From a virus, in the IMG/VR virus record IMGVR_UViG_3300037311_000355: a stretch of 64,000 nt of DNA; one strand, given 5' to 3'. Positions 9,785-18,830 of the stretch are shown here, piece after piece (position 1 is the stretch's first letter; each line of letters opens with the position of its first letter). The notes beneath the pieces were generated by a model, which was given only the letters and a program-made list of their open reading frames with translations, did not search any database and was not told where the DNA came from. A program made the translations under genes and the position numbers.

Positions 9785-12406
9785 TCATTGGTTTAAAACA
9801 AATCCCACAGGAACCACGCCGTTGCCGTTGGCGAGTTCGACCGCCAGTCTTACTCCGACCTGTGGTCCTTTTATTGTGATTTCAAGCCTTTGCAGGGCTC
9901 CGAATCTGAAGTCTTCTTCAATGGCGGCTTTCAATGACTGATAGATGTCGGCGGCGGCGATGTCTGCGTTGCTTATGCCGTGTTGGAGTCCGGATCCGAA
10001 GCTCGGATGTTTGATAAGCCTGCCTAGTGGGGTGGCGAATTTAAGCCAAAGCGCTTGTATGATGTTTGCCATGCCAAAACTAAGCCTGATCTCCGCAAAG
10101 GAGTCAAGGGCCAAATCACCGCTTTCCGTGAGCTTCCAATCGATCTTGCTGAGACCTACAAGGGGGTCGCCTTTGGTCACGGGCACGGGCCTGGTGTTGG
10201 GCTGCTCGTCGGCGGGCAGGTCGCTGGGTATAAAAATCTGGTTTTGGCTGTTGACGGTTCCCGGCAGGTAGCCACGGATTCTCGCGCCCGCGCTTAACGT
10301 GTACGGCGACAGGTCGTCGAGACCGTCGAGGGTAATGAGATAGTTGGTGTCGCTGATTCTTTCGATGTTTACAACACGTCTGGAGCGCAGGGGCTGCCCG
10401 CTTGCGATCAACGTAAGTCTTTGATTTACGTAAAGATTCTGATTTGAGGCGACGTTGATCTGTCTCCCACTTGCGTTAGATAGCAGCGGGTATTCGAACC
10501 CGCTTTCGTCGATGTAGGGGCTGCGGAGCGCGTTTAGGGTCGCGATTTCAAGCCAGCGATCGGGGTCGCCTAAATAACGGGCAGCGATTTGCTCGATGGT
10601 GAGCCCAAACGGAACCGGTACTCTGATCTTAGCCGCGGTGGTGTCGAAAGTGATGTCCGAGGCCTGGGCTAGTTCTGCCACGTATTCCATTGCGGATTGA
10701 ATTCTGCCGTCGTCGATGTCGTTGGTAACCGTGAGATCGCTGTACGCCTGCACGGTGTTGTAAATGGCGGCAAGTACGGCGTACTCGTCGATGGTGATGG
10801 GTTGCACGCGCTCGCGTTTCGTCGGCCTTCCGTAGACGCGGTTGTAGGTGTCGTCGCCGTCGCCGAAGGCGTTGCTGATCTGTAGCGCGAGATCGAGCAT
10901 GGTTTGACGGTGGCGTCTGAGGTCGTCGACGGTGAGTAGGGACACGCGCTCGACTTCGGCGTCGATGGCGTCGCGCTGGCTTGGGCTTAGCTTAAGGGTG
11001 TCAACGCCGACGGCGTCAAAAAGGTCAAAGTTTTGCTCCGGCGATTGAAACGCGTTTTGCGTGGGATCCACGGCTAACGCCGACCTCTGACGCTGACCGG
11101 CCTGCCCACGCTGTACCGCTGCCGTGTTTAGTCCCTCGCGCTGCTCGCGTTGGCCGGCGAAGCCTTGAAGCTGGGTTTTAAGTGTTTGCTGGGAAGCCAG
11201 GGACTGAAAGCTCGTGGAGTCCAGAGTTGCCAGTGCGTCGCTGACGGCGGCGAAGCTGTCGCCGATGAGCTGCGATGGTAGGTCGGCTACTGTGGCCGGT
11301 AGGCTTGCTAGTTCTTTGATGAAAAGCGCGGTTTCCCTGAGTGCGTTAAAAGGGGTCTGGAAATCACTTCTTACCGCCCTGACGAGGTTGTACGCGGTTG
11401 CAAGCGCGCGTCTGGTCTCGCGTACCGCGTTTAGCGCGGATTGAAGGATTGACGGCGTGAGGCCGGGCAGGCTTGGCGGAGGGCTGGAGTCCACGCTTTC
11501 CACTGTTATGCGGCGCCAGGCTTTGAGTTGCATGCGGTATTTGATTTCCGCCGGCGACTCAATGCTTTGCAGCCAGTCGAAAAGCATGGGGGTGACAATA
11601 AATGATTGATTTTGCTTGGGAATGTCAAGTACAAGCCTAAGTGTGGAATTTCTGGGGTCGCGCTTGAGTTCCGCGTACTGCTCCAGGAACTGGTCGAGCA
11701 AAAGCGCCTGCGCGTATCCGGTACCTGTCGCACCTTCCGGGGTTTGCGCGGGCGGAATCACCGCCGACGCCGACTGCGGGTGTTTGTTGTCGGCGATGCG
11801 GGCGAGGCCTTGGATTTGGTTGGCCAAAGCTCCTGCGAGTTGCAAAGACGAGCCCGCGGCGGCCTGGATTTCGGCTTGAATGCGAGCCTCGGGGCTTTGT
11901 GGCTTCGGTCCCTGATCCAGGGTGGGTCTAAACGGCCACACGCCCATGGTGCCGGCGAAGTTGATGAGCTTAAACCTGACGCCGCCGTGCTCTTCGACGA
12001 CGCCTTTTAAGGTGGCATAGCTTTCAACGGCAAACGGTGTCGAGATCTGCATCTGTTGGGGCGTAATAGGCAGTCTGAACTCCCATTTGTTGCCAACGGG
12101 TTCAAAAATGATGTTAAAACCACCCGTGGGTAGCTGCTCTTTTCTTGAGTTTATTTGCCCCTGTTTGCCTACGATCTTATTGCCGTTTGCGACGTCGACG
12201 ACGAGCAATCTATAAGGATAGAGCTTATCCCAGCGATCGGGCTCGATGGTAATGGGTTTGAAAAACGTGCCGGGCGTGCCCTCGGGTTTCCAGGGCGCCG
12301 CCGCTGATCGGGCTTGATTCGACGACTGTTGTCCAATCAGGTTTCTCGCTGACGCGGCTGCGGAATCGATGAGATTTGCCGGGGATGGAATCAATCTATT
12401 ACTCAT
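9785..12406 (-). CDS. baseplate protein with LysM/tail-X-like domain and C-terminal gp25-like domain, 873 aa
   Basis: PFGLTIEQIAARYLGDPDRWLEIATLN is LysM-like; C-terminal NIIQALWLKFATPLG.LIKHPSFGSGL...AAIEEDFRF is gp25-like. Confidence 0.7.
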   Translation of the reverse strand: MSNRLIPSPANLIDSAAASARNLIGQQSSNQARSAAAPWKPEGTPGTFFKPITIEPDRWDKLYPYRLLVVDVANGNKIVGKQGQINSRKEQLPTGGFNIIFEPVGNKWEFRLPITPQQMQISTPFAVESYATLKGVVEEHGGVRFKLINFAGTMGVWPFRPTLDQGPKPQSPEARIQAEIQAAAGSSLQLAGALANQIQGLARIADNKHPQSASAVIPPAQTPEGATGTGYAQALLLDQFLEQYAELKRDPRNSTLRLVLDIPKQNQSFIVTPMLFDWLQSIESPAEIKYRMQLKAWRRITVESVDSSPPPSLPGLTPSILQSALNAVRETRRALATAYNLVRAVRSDFQTPFNALRETALFIKELASLPATVADLPSQLIGDSFAAVSDALATLDSTSFQSLASQQTLKTQLQGFAGQREQREGLNTAAVQRGQAGQRQRSALAVDPTQNAFQSPEQNFDLFDAVGVDTLKLSPSQRDAIDAEVERVSLLTVDDLRRHRQTMLDLALQISNAFGDGDDTYNRVYGRPTKRERVQPITIDEYAVLAAIYNTVQAYSDLTVTNDIDDGRIQSAMEYVAELAQASDITFDTTAAKIRVPVPFGLTIEQIAARYLGDPDRWLEIATLNALRSPYIDESGFEYPLLSNASGRQINVASNQNLYVNQRLTLIASGQPLRSRRVVNIERISDTNYLITLDGLDDLSPYTLSAGARIRGYLPGTVNSQNQIFIPSDLPADEQPNTRPVPVTKGDPLVGLSKIDWKLTESGDLALDSFAEIRLSFGMANIIQALWLKFATPLGRLIKHPSFGSGLQHGISNADIAAADIYQSLKAAIEEDFRFGALQRLEITIKGPQVGVRLAVELANGNGVVPVGFVLNQ

Positions 12407-12419
12407 TGGGCCTCTGAGA

Positions 12420-12427
12420 TAAGATTA
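12420..12427 (-). promoter_or_regulatory. putative late-promoter motif variant TAATCTTA
   Basis: 13 nt upstream of the ATG at 12406. Confidence 0.4.
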
Positions 12428-12455
12428 TCACCGCTGTTTTATTCCCAAGGACCTT

Positions 12456-12599
12456 ATGGCCGACCCAAAACACCTGTTATTTCTTGTGCTTGCAAACGTG
12501 TTTGGGTGGCTGGGGTTTTACGGCATACAAAAGTTGCAAAGTAGACCTCCGAGTGTTATTATGGAAAACAGAGCTAAAAAGCTCAGGAGGCGCAAATGA
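12456..12599 (+). CDS. small membrane protein, 47 aa (MADPKHLLFLVLANVFGWLGFYGI...)
   Basis: Manual translation; AAGGA SD; one hydrophobic segment; ATGA overlap with the next gene. Confidence 0.55.
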   Translation: MADPKHLLFLVLANVFGWLGFYGIQKLQSRPPSVIMENRAKKLRRRK

Positions 12600-13159
12600 G
12601 AGCATTGGTATCCGCCCTTGTTTTTGCCATCTTAGGTGGTTGTGCCATGCCTCCGCAGGGCGCGCTTTCCAAGGTCAGCGGTGTACACCCCGAACTTAGG
12701 CCTTACTTGGGGTTTTTTGGCACCGCAAACCTAAGCGAATCCCAGCGCCGGGTTTTAGATACGCTTTCCGCGGGATTCGTGACAGACATGAACTCCGGTG
12801 TCGCGGACGAAAAAAACCTCATGCGTTTTCGCATCATAGGTATGTGCGCGAAGTTCTCCGACGGCAGGCGAGAGATCTGGATCGATGATTTTTTCTGGTC
12901 GTTGGCCACCGAAGAGGCCAGGTTACAACTCATGCTCCACGAACTTGGACATTGTGTGCTCGACCGCGGTCACGACCACGAAAACGGCACCTATAAGAGG
13001 TCCCAGGACCAAAAAAGACCCGCGGACCAGAGGGACTACGAAAGCAACGGCTATCTCTGGGACGGCTGCCCGATGTCTGTGATGTACCCCTCGCAGGTCT
13101 CCGATCTTTGTTTTTCCAAACACAACGACGCCTATCTCAGAGAGCTAATGGGACTTTAG
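12596..13159 (+). CDS. lipoprotein zinc metallopeptidase (metzincin-like)
   Basis: Lipobox-like ..AILGG-C; HELGHCVLDRGH zinc motif; Met-turn-like CPMSVMYP; AGGAGG SD. Confidence 0.75.
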   Translation: MRALVSALVFAILGGCAMPPQGALSKVSGVHPELRPYLGFFGTANLSESQRRVLDTLSAGFVTDMNSGVADEKNLMRFRIIGMCAKFSDGRREIWIDDFFWSLATEEARLQLMLHELGHCVLDRGHDHENGTYKRSQDQKRPADQRDYESNGYLWDGCPMSVMYPSQVSDLCFSKHNDAYLRELMGL

Positions 13160-15651
13160 GTCAAGTCTTTGTAAAGCCTCGCCCACTCGTTGGGCCTGTA
13201 TTTTGCCGCCACGGGCTGGCTGAGGTCAAAACTGTTGCCGTTGATGGCGACAATGGTGGCAGAAACCTCTTCTTGGGTGTCGCTGACGACAAATACGTTG
13301 TCGCCGACCTGGAAGCCGCTGGAGTCCTTGACGTGTACGGCCTTGGTGGCGTTGGTGGGCGCCGACAGCAGCACGGCGTTGCACAGGAGTCGATAGGCGT
13401 TAAAAGCGAATTCCGCGTCCAAAATCGCCTGTTGTTGTCGGGCCAAGATGTTTTCGTGGGTGCGGACGTTAAAAGAGCTGCCGCCGATGCGGGAAATCAG
13501 TAGTTTCAGGTAGGGCCAGCGCTCCACGTAGATGCCAACGCCGTCTTCGGGAATGATTGTGGGGTCCAGGGTGCCGTCCGGGGCTAGTCTTACGACGCCG
13601 TTTCTCGTGGCTCCGTTGAAAAGCGCGTACTGGCCGACTACGACGGCGCGGTTGTCGGCGTAGACGGCGATGCCAAGCACTTGTCCGGGATTGGTTGCGG
13701 TTCCGACGTTTGTGGTGAATGTGGCGTCCAGGCTGCCGTTGGTGTTTAGTAGGTTAAGATCGGTTCGCGGCGAAGGCGTAACTGCACTGTAATTGCCGCC
13801 GATGAGGATTTTTTGGTCTGGTCTGACCTTGACTACGTTTACGACCGTAAGACCTCCGCCCACGCCGCCGAAATTTGCGTAAAACCCGGCGTCGTCGCTG
13901 CCGTCGGCGTTGAGCCTAGCCGCGCGCAGTCTTACGTTGCCGTTGACGGTGTTAAAACCGCCTCCTATGACTATCTTTCCGTCGGCTTGAATAGCCACGC
14001 TGGAAACCGTACCCGCGACTCCGGTACCGATGGCTGCGGCGAATCCGGCGTCTTCGCTACCGTTGGCATTGAGTCTAACCAAAGAACCTCTGGAAACCGA
14101 GTTTAAGGTGGTAAAGCTGCCGCCGACGACTATTTTGCCATCGGCCTGAATGGCAATAGAGCTTACCACGCTGTCAAATGCGGTGCCAAGGTTGGCGTAA
14201 AACGCCACGTCTTCGCTGCCGTCGGCGTTGAGTCGGATTAGGTGATTTCTAGCGTTGCCGTTGTAAGACGTAAATTGACCGCCGACCAAAACTTTACCGT
14301 CGGGCTGAACGGCGACGGCGAGAACCGACGCGTTGGGTCCGATAAAAAGCGGACCCATAAAGGCTTCGTTAAACAACTGGTCTTCGGTGCCATTGGAAAA
14401 CAGCTTGACGAGACCTCTTCTGGACTTGCTATTAAAGGTCGTAAAGGTTCCGCCTAAAAAAAGGTTATCAGAGGCATCGGCGACGACGGCGGCAATGGTC
14501 TGCGTTTGCGCCGCGGTGCCGATGTTGGTTAAAAACCGGTCGTCGATTTTGCCGCTTTCCCTAAGCTTGACGAGCCTTGGCGCCGGAGTGCCGTTGAAGA
14601 CGTTGGTGCCGGCAAAAGAAAGCACAACGCTGCCGTCGGAGAGCACGGCGGCGCCTCTGATGTCAGCGCTAGCCGAGGCCGTGCCTGTATTAACATCGAA
14701 GGGAAATCCGTTGTAGCCGGTTTCCGTGACCTCGCCGGTTACAAGGTCTTGGCTGGGTACGCCAAAATAGGTTTGGATTTGCGCCGCACGAGCTTGTTGC
14801 TCCGTGACCCGGTTGTCTAAGACAGCGATAAGCGCGTTGGCGACCGAGGTTTGCATTTTGGTCGGGCCGAGCGTAGACGGGTCTAGGGCGTAAAAGGCCA
14901 CGCAAGTCAGCTGGCCATGGCTGGGATTGGTGTCGGGAAGACCAAGCCAGGTTTCAACAGCAGCTATTGCCGCATCTAAGACGCCGGCGTAAACGGAGTT
15001 GCCCGACTTTCTCACGCCGTCGATTTCATTGGCGGGCAACTGATCGCGGTACAGCGTTAGGCGCTCCAACCAGGCCTCGGCGTCGGCAACCGCCTGTGCG
15101 ATGGTGGCGGAGACAGCAGCGGATGGCGTAAAGATGTCACCCGAGCATTCCAGGCCGGTTACAAACTCGATTTCGGGGATCCCAGATGTGTTGACCTCGT
15201 CGAGGGAGTTCCTAAGAGCTGTGATGAGATCGGACTCCAGTAGCGCGGAATTGGTATCGGCGACCTCGTTTGCGTTAAGTCCAAAACCGATGGTGCGCAT
15301 GTAGGGCTGCAAAACCAGCCACGGCGCGGACAGGCTGGGTGGCAACGCCATCGCATTTGTGGGATAAAACCTGCTGTTGGGGTCGAGATCAACGGCTGTC
15401 TCTAAATCGAAATCCGTGACATCGCTGCGGTCGTTGCCGGCGAATCCATACATGGAGCGGTATTCGTAGTGGTACGCGGATATGCGCGCGTTTACGACGT
15501 CGAAGGCGGCTTTGTTGGCGGCGTCAAGGGATTGCGCTTCCAATAGTGCCGCTTGTATGGCGGCAATTCCATCTTCGAGACCGCGGCGCCGGCTTCGGTA
15601 GTCGACGATTTTCTTCGAAATCGATATTCGGGCGGTTTTGCTCAGTGCCAT
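13156..15651 (-). CDS. virion protein with a delta-60 (DUF5122-type) beta-propeller, 831 aa
   Basis: About seven repeats of type AVAVQPDGKVLVGG.FTSYNG..RN.L.RLNADGS.D..F at about 13550-14680. Confidence 0.75.
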   Translation of the reverse strand: MALSKTARISISKKIVDYRSRRRGLEDGIAAIQAALLEAQSLDAANKAAFDVVNARISAYHYEYRSMYGFAGNDRSDVTDFDLETAVDLDPNSRFYPTNAMALPPSLSAPWLVLQPYMRTIGFGLNANEVADTNSALLESDLITALRNSLDEVNTSGIPEIEFVTGLECSGDIFTPSAAVSATIAQAVADAEAWLERLTLYRDQLPANEIDGVRKSGNSVYAGVLDAAIAAVETWLGLPDTNPSHGQLTCVAFYALDPSTLGPTKMQTSVANALIAVLDNRVTEQQARAAQIQTYFGVPSQDLVTGEVTETGYNGFPFDVNTGTASASADIRGAAVLSDGSVVLSFAGTNVFNGTPAPRLVKLRESGKIDDRFLTNIGTAAQTQTIAAVVADASDNLFLGGTFTTFNSKSRRGLVKLFSNGTEDQLFNEAFMGPLFIGPNASVLAVAVQPDGKVLVGGQFTSYNGNARNHLIRLNADGSEDVAFYANLGTAFDSVVSSIAIQADGKIVVGGSFTTLNSVSRGSLVRLNANGSEDAGFAAAIGTGVAGTVSSVAIQADGKIVIGGGFNTVNGNVRLRAARLNADGSDDAGFYANFGGVGGGLTVVNVVKVRPDQKILIGGNYSAVTPSPRTDLNLLNTNGSLDATFTTNVGTATNPGQVLGIAVYADNRAVVVGQYALFNGATRNGVVRLAPDGTLDPTIIPEDGVGIYVERWPYLKLLISRIGGSSFNVRTHENILARQQQAILDAEFAFNAYRLLCNAVLLSAPTNATKAVHVKDSSGFQVGDNVFVVSDTQEEVSATIVAINGNSFDLSQPVAAKYRPNEWARLYKDLT

Positions 15652-15953
15652 CAGTGGATCCGGTAGGGTATGATTAGAAACGAAGAAAAGACGTCGGCGA
15701 CCTCTCTTTTTCTAGCCTCGGTCTTGGCGTCGTCGTAGGCGTCCATTAACTCTATCAGAATTTTCTCGTAGCGCTGCAAAGCAACTGCTTTGGTCATCGT
15801 AAATTCTTGATTAAAAACACAAACATTTCTGTCAAAGACGAGGTAGAACTGCTCGAACTCAGCGTTGTGCCATCGACGCAGGTCGGCTGCGGTTTTAACT
15901 GGTACCGGCAAGTCTTTGCTCTTCTTTGATCTTTTCATATCAGCTCGCCACAA
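15651..15953 (-). CDS. hypothetical protein, about 100 aa
   Basis: Stop/start overlaps with both neighbours in the operon. Confidence 0.6.
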   Translation of the reverse strand: MWRADMKRSKKSKDLPVPVKTAADLRRWHNAEFEQFYLVFDRNVCVFNQEFTMTKAVALQRYEKILIELMDAYDDAKTEARKREVADVFSSFLIIPYRIH

Positions 15954-17010
15954 ACACTTTCGAACTAAACGGACCCACGGCCTGACTTACTACTGGCGCC
16001 CCCATGTTTCCGATTCCGATATATTGCGTGCTAAGCACGGGCGCCGGCGTTCCGCCTTGGCCGCCGAGAAACACAAGACCTTTAATCGTGGCTAGCGTGG
16101 CGTCGATCTCTATTTGCGGCGCCTTTAACACCAAGCCCACCTGGGCCTCGGCCTTTATTTGCTGAGCCTTTGCTTCCAACGATTTTTGAGTGCTGATTTT
16201 AAACGCCTCCGACTCCAGGGTTGCGCTGCCCGATGCTTGTATCAGCAACGCCTTCATTTTGGCGGAAAAGTTTTCTTTGGCCTCTAGGTCTATGTTGGTT
16301 TCCGTCTTTGCTGAGATGTCTTCCTTGGCGTCTAGGCTGATTTTGGCCGCCGCTGCCACGGACACGTTGCCCTCGGCTTCGGCGCGAATAGTAACGCCTT
16401 TGTTAGCAACCTGTATGCTGCCGTCGACCTCGATGTCAACGGAAGCCGGCTCCTGGTCTTCGTTGTCTTTTTCACCCTTGTTGTCGGTGCTGCCGCGCCA
16501 GGTCAGGCTCACGCTGCCGTCGTCGCGGATTTCGATTCCGACACCGTTGAACTCGCCTGCGAGCTGCCTGCCCTCGGTGAGCTTGGACTTGCGGTCGGGG
16601 TGACTGAGAAACCCGACGATGACGCCCTTGTCGGAGTTTTTGTCCAGACACAGTAAGAGAGCCACGGCACCGTCTTGGTTACCTACGTCTAAGCCTTCGG
16701 CAGGGCCTTCAAACGACTTTTGTTCGCGAATTCGGAATTCAAGGAAATCCGCGATTGCGCCCAGGCCGTCCGCGCTTATACAATTCCTGTACCGCATCGG
16801 CGTGATGCCGCGGTTTTCGTCTTGCTCGACGACGACGACGTCGTATTCCACGCAAAGCTTGCCTACGTTGGTGTCGGCGGCGATTTCGTGGGACTTCACG
16901 ACGACGCCGACCTTGAGACCGGAGTTGTTATACGTGCGGTTGAAGCCAGACAGGCGGTCGCCGAAGTCGGTGTCAAAGAGGCCCGAGGGTAGTACGGAAT
17001 CGTTGTCCAT
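15940..17010 (-). CDS. baseplate central spike (gp5/gpV-like)
   Basis: N-terminal OB-fold-like region, then beta-helix-like short repeats and a short apex; follows the hub gene. Confidence 0.7.
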   Translation of the reverse strand: MDNDSVLPSGLFDTDFGDRLSGFNRTYNNSGLKVGVVVKSHEIAADTNVGKLCVEYDVVVVEQDENRGITPMRYRNCISADGLGAIADFLEFRIREQKSFEGPAEGLDVGNQDGAVALLLCLDKNSDKGVIVGFLSHPDRKSKLTEGRQLAGEFNGVGIEIRDDGSVSLTWRGSTDNKGEKDNEDQEPASVDIEVDGSIQVANKGVTIRAEAEGNVSVAAAAKISLDAKEDISAKTETNIDLEAKENFSAKMKALLIQASGSATLESEAFKISTQKSLEAKAQQIKAEAQVGLVLKAPQIEIDATLATIKGLVFLGGQGGTPAPVLSTQYIGIGNMGAPVVSQAVGPFSSKVFVAS

Positions 17011-18827
17011 TAGCGTCTCCGGGTTCCCGGCGGATTAAAGCCGATATTGGGTTGGGCCGTGGCTTCGCTGCCCTCGGCACGCTCGCGGGCTGCCGTGGTG
17101 AGCTGGGCCTCGGAGATCCCGGGCAACAGGCGGTCGGCGCCGAAGTCTCGGATCTGTTCGGCGATGCCGTCGGGGTTGTCCATGTAGGGGAAGATCTTCT
17201 GGTCTTTCGATGACCTGAGATCGACGCCGTGACTGAGGGCAAGCGAGGTCTTGAAATACCTGCGGCCGTCCGGCGACACTCCAAAGGCGTGCTGGACGCC
17301 CTCGATGTGGTACACGCAGCCGTCTAGTTCGAGGTTGTCGCCGACGGCGATGGGTTCTTCGATACCCGCGGAAGTCACGCTGCCGTTCATTTTTAGATGG
17401 CCGCCGATGACGGCGTCGGCGATAAGATCGGTCCACAGCGACGCCGATAGGTAGGAGTCCTTGCCTCGTGCCGTGTTTTCCAGGTAGTCGAAGTTGGAGT
17501 TTATGACGTAAGGCCGCAATCCGCTGCGCTTGACGTCGCCGATGTCAAACCGGTAGTTTTTGGCCGCGATTTGGTCGCTGATCGCGGCCTGCTGGGCGTC
17601 GCCGGACATCTGATTGACGCGCCCGAAGACCTGCACGAAATTGATTCTCGCCGTTTCGTCGCGGCCCAGGTTGACCTCTGTTAGCAGTCCGGGGTCAATG
17701 CGCCACCGGGGTAGGTTGAGAAACCGAGTGACGGGAAACCCGGTCTTTAGTTTTTCCGACGTAAATGGCATCTGCCGCATGACAACCGTTGGCATCACGG
17801 CACCCCTGCGATTCACGCGGAAACAAGTGTATAATTCGTTGACAGGCGAGTTCAGGTATTGCCTAAGGATGTCCCATGCGCGGACCTGATTCCAGTAGTC
17901 GGCCTTGATAAGCGCGGCACCCGTGACGGGATCCGGGGTTTCGACAAACCTGCCGTTGACGGCGGCGACGACGGGATTCATGCCGGCGCCGATTTCCTGA
18001 CTGGCTCCGGCGGCGTATTTTTGCACTCCGAAAAGAAAGGTATAGATGTCTCTCGCGCTTTTCGCCCTTGGCAGACCAAGCAGCTGTCCGACGAGCTTCG
18101 GAACCTCGAAATGTACGTTTGGGCTCCGCAGAAGCTCGTTTTTAGCCCGCTGACCCTCGTCGCTGACGCCGTTGCCGACTACGGCGCCGATTAGGATCTG
18201 CATAATCTTTTGCACGTTATTGACGTTTTTGTTACCAACGAGCTGATTCCATTCGTTGCCCAGTCTAGTGATGAAAAGAAACTCGTTTTGCGCCTCCGCG
18301 GGCGTGAGCAAAAAGGGGTTGAAATATATGACGTTGTTGAATTCCGTGAATCCGTAGGCGTCGATTCTAAACACGAGGTTTTTTTTGCCGGTTTCCGCGT
18401 TGACTTGCAGGGTTTTTCGCACCGAATGCACTTTAAACAGACCCTTGAACCCGTCGTGCTCGCCGTTGACGGGTCTGCGGTTAAGCGCGGCTTCCGCGAC
18501 TTCGTCGGCGTGGGATTCGAAATCCAAAATGTTTGCAAACACGAAGTCTCCGGGAGCTACCGCGGCCTCGTAACTGATGTCGCCGGGAGCCAGTGTTGCC
18601 GACATCATTGGCGTATGCGTGCCCTTCTGATAGCTGATCTGGAGCTGGAGGCAGTCGTTTCTGACGACAAGCGGGTCCCGGGTGTCCAGGCTGTCTCCGG
18701 TGTAGTCTTTGGGGAAACGATTAGACCAGCGAACAAAAGTCAGCACGCACGCCGGCGACGTCTGGTGTTCGGAGTAGCCCTGGTTGCTTGCGTTGGCCTT
18801 GACGTCCTTTACATACGCTTTGCTCAT
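17010..18827 (-). CDS. baseplate hub protein (gp27-like)
   Basis: 605 aa between tape measure and spike; C-terminal GSVTSAGIEEPIAVGDNLE...YHIEGVQHAF. Confidence 0.7.
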   Translation of the reverse strand: MSKAYVKDVKANASNQGYSEHQTSPACVLTFVRWSNRFPKDYTGDSLDTRDPLVVRNDCLQLQISYQKGTHTPMMSATLAPGDISYEAAVAPGDFVFANILDFESHADEVAEAALNRRPVNGEHDGFKGLFKVHSVRKTLQVNAETGKKNLVFRIDAYGFTEFNNVIYFNPFLLTPAEAQNEFLFITRLGNEWNQLVGNKNVNNVQKIMQILIGAVVGNGVSDEGQRAKNELLRSPNVHFEVPKLVGQLLGLPRAKSARDIYTFLFGVQKYAAGASQEIGAGMNPVVAAVNGRFVETPDPVTGAALIKADYWNQVRAWDILRQYLNSPVNELYTCFRVNRRGAVMPTVVMRQMPFTSEKLKTGFPVTRFLNLPRWRIDPGLLTEVNLGRDETARINFVQVFGRVNQMSGDAQQAAISDQIAAKNYRFDIGDVKRSGLRPYVINSNFDYLENTARGKDSYLSASLWTDLIADAVIGGHLKMNGSVTSAGIEEPIAVGDNLELDGCVYHIEGVQHAFGVSPDGRRYFKTSLALSHGVDLRSSKDQKIFPYMDNPDGIAEQIRDFGADRLLPGISEAQLTTAARERAEGSEATAQPNIGFNPPGTRRR

Positions 18828-18830
18828 ATG

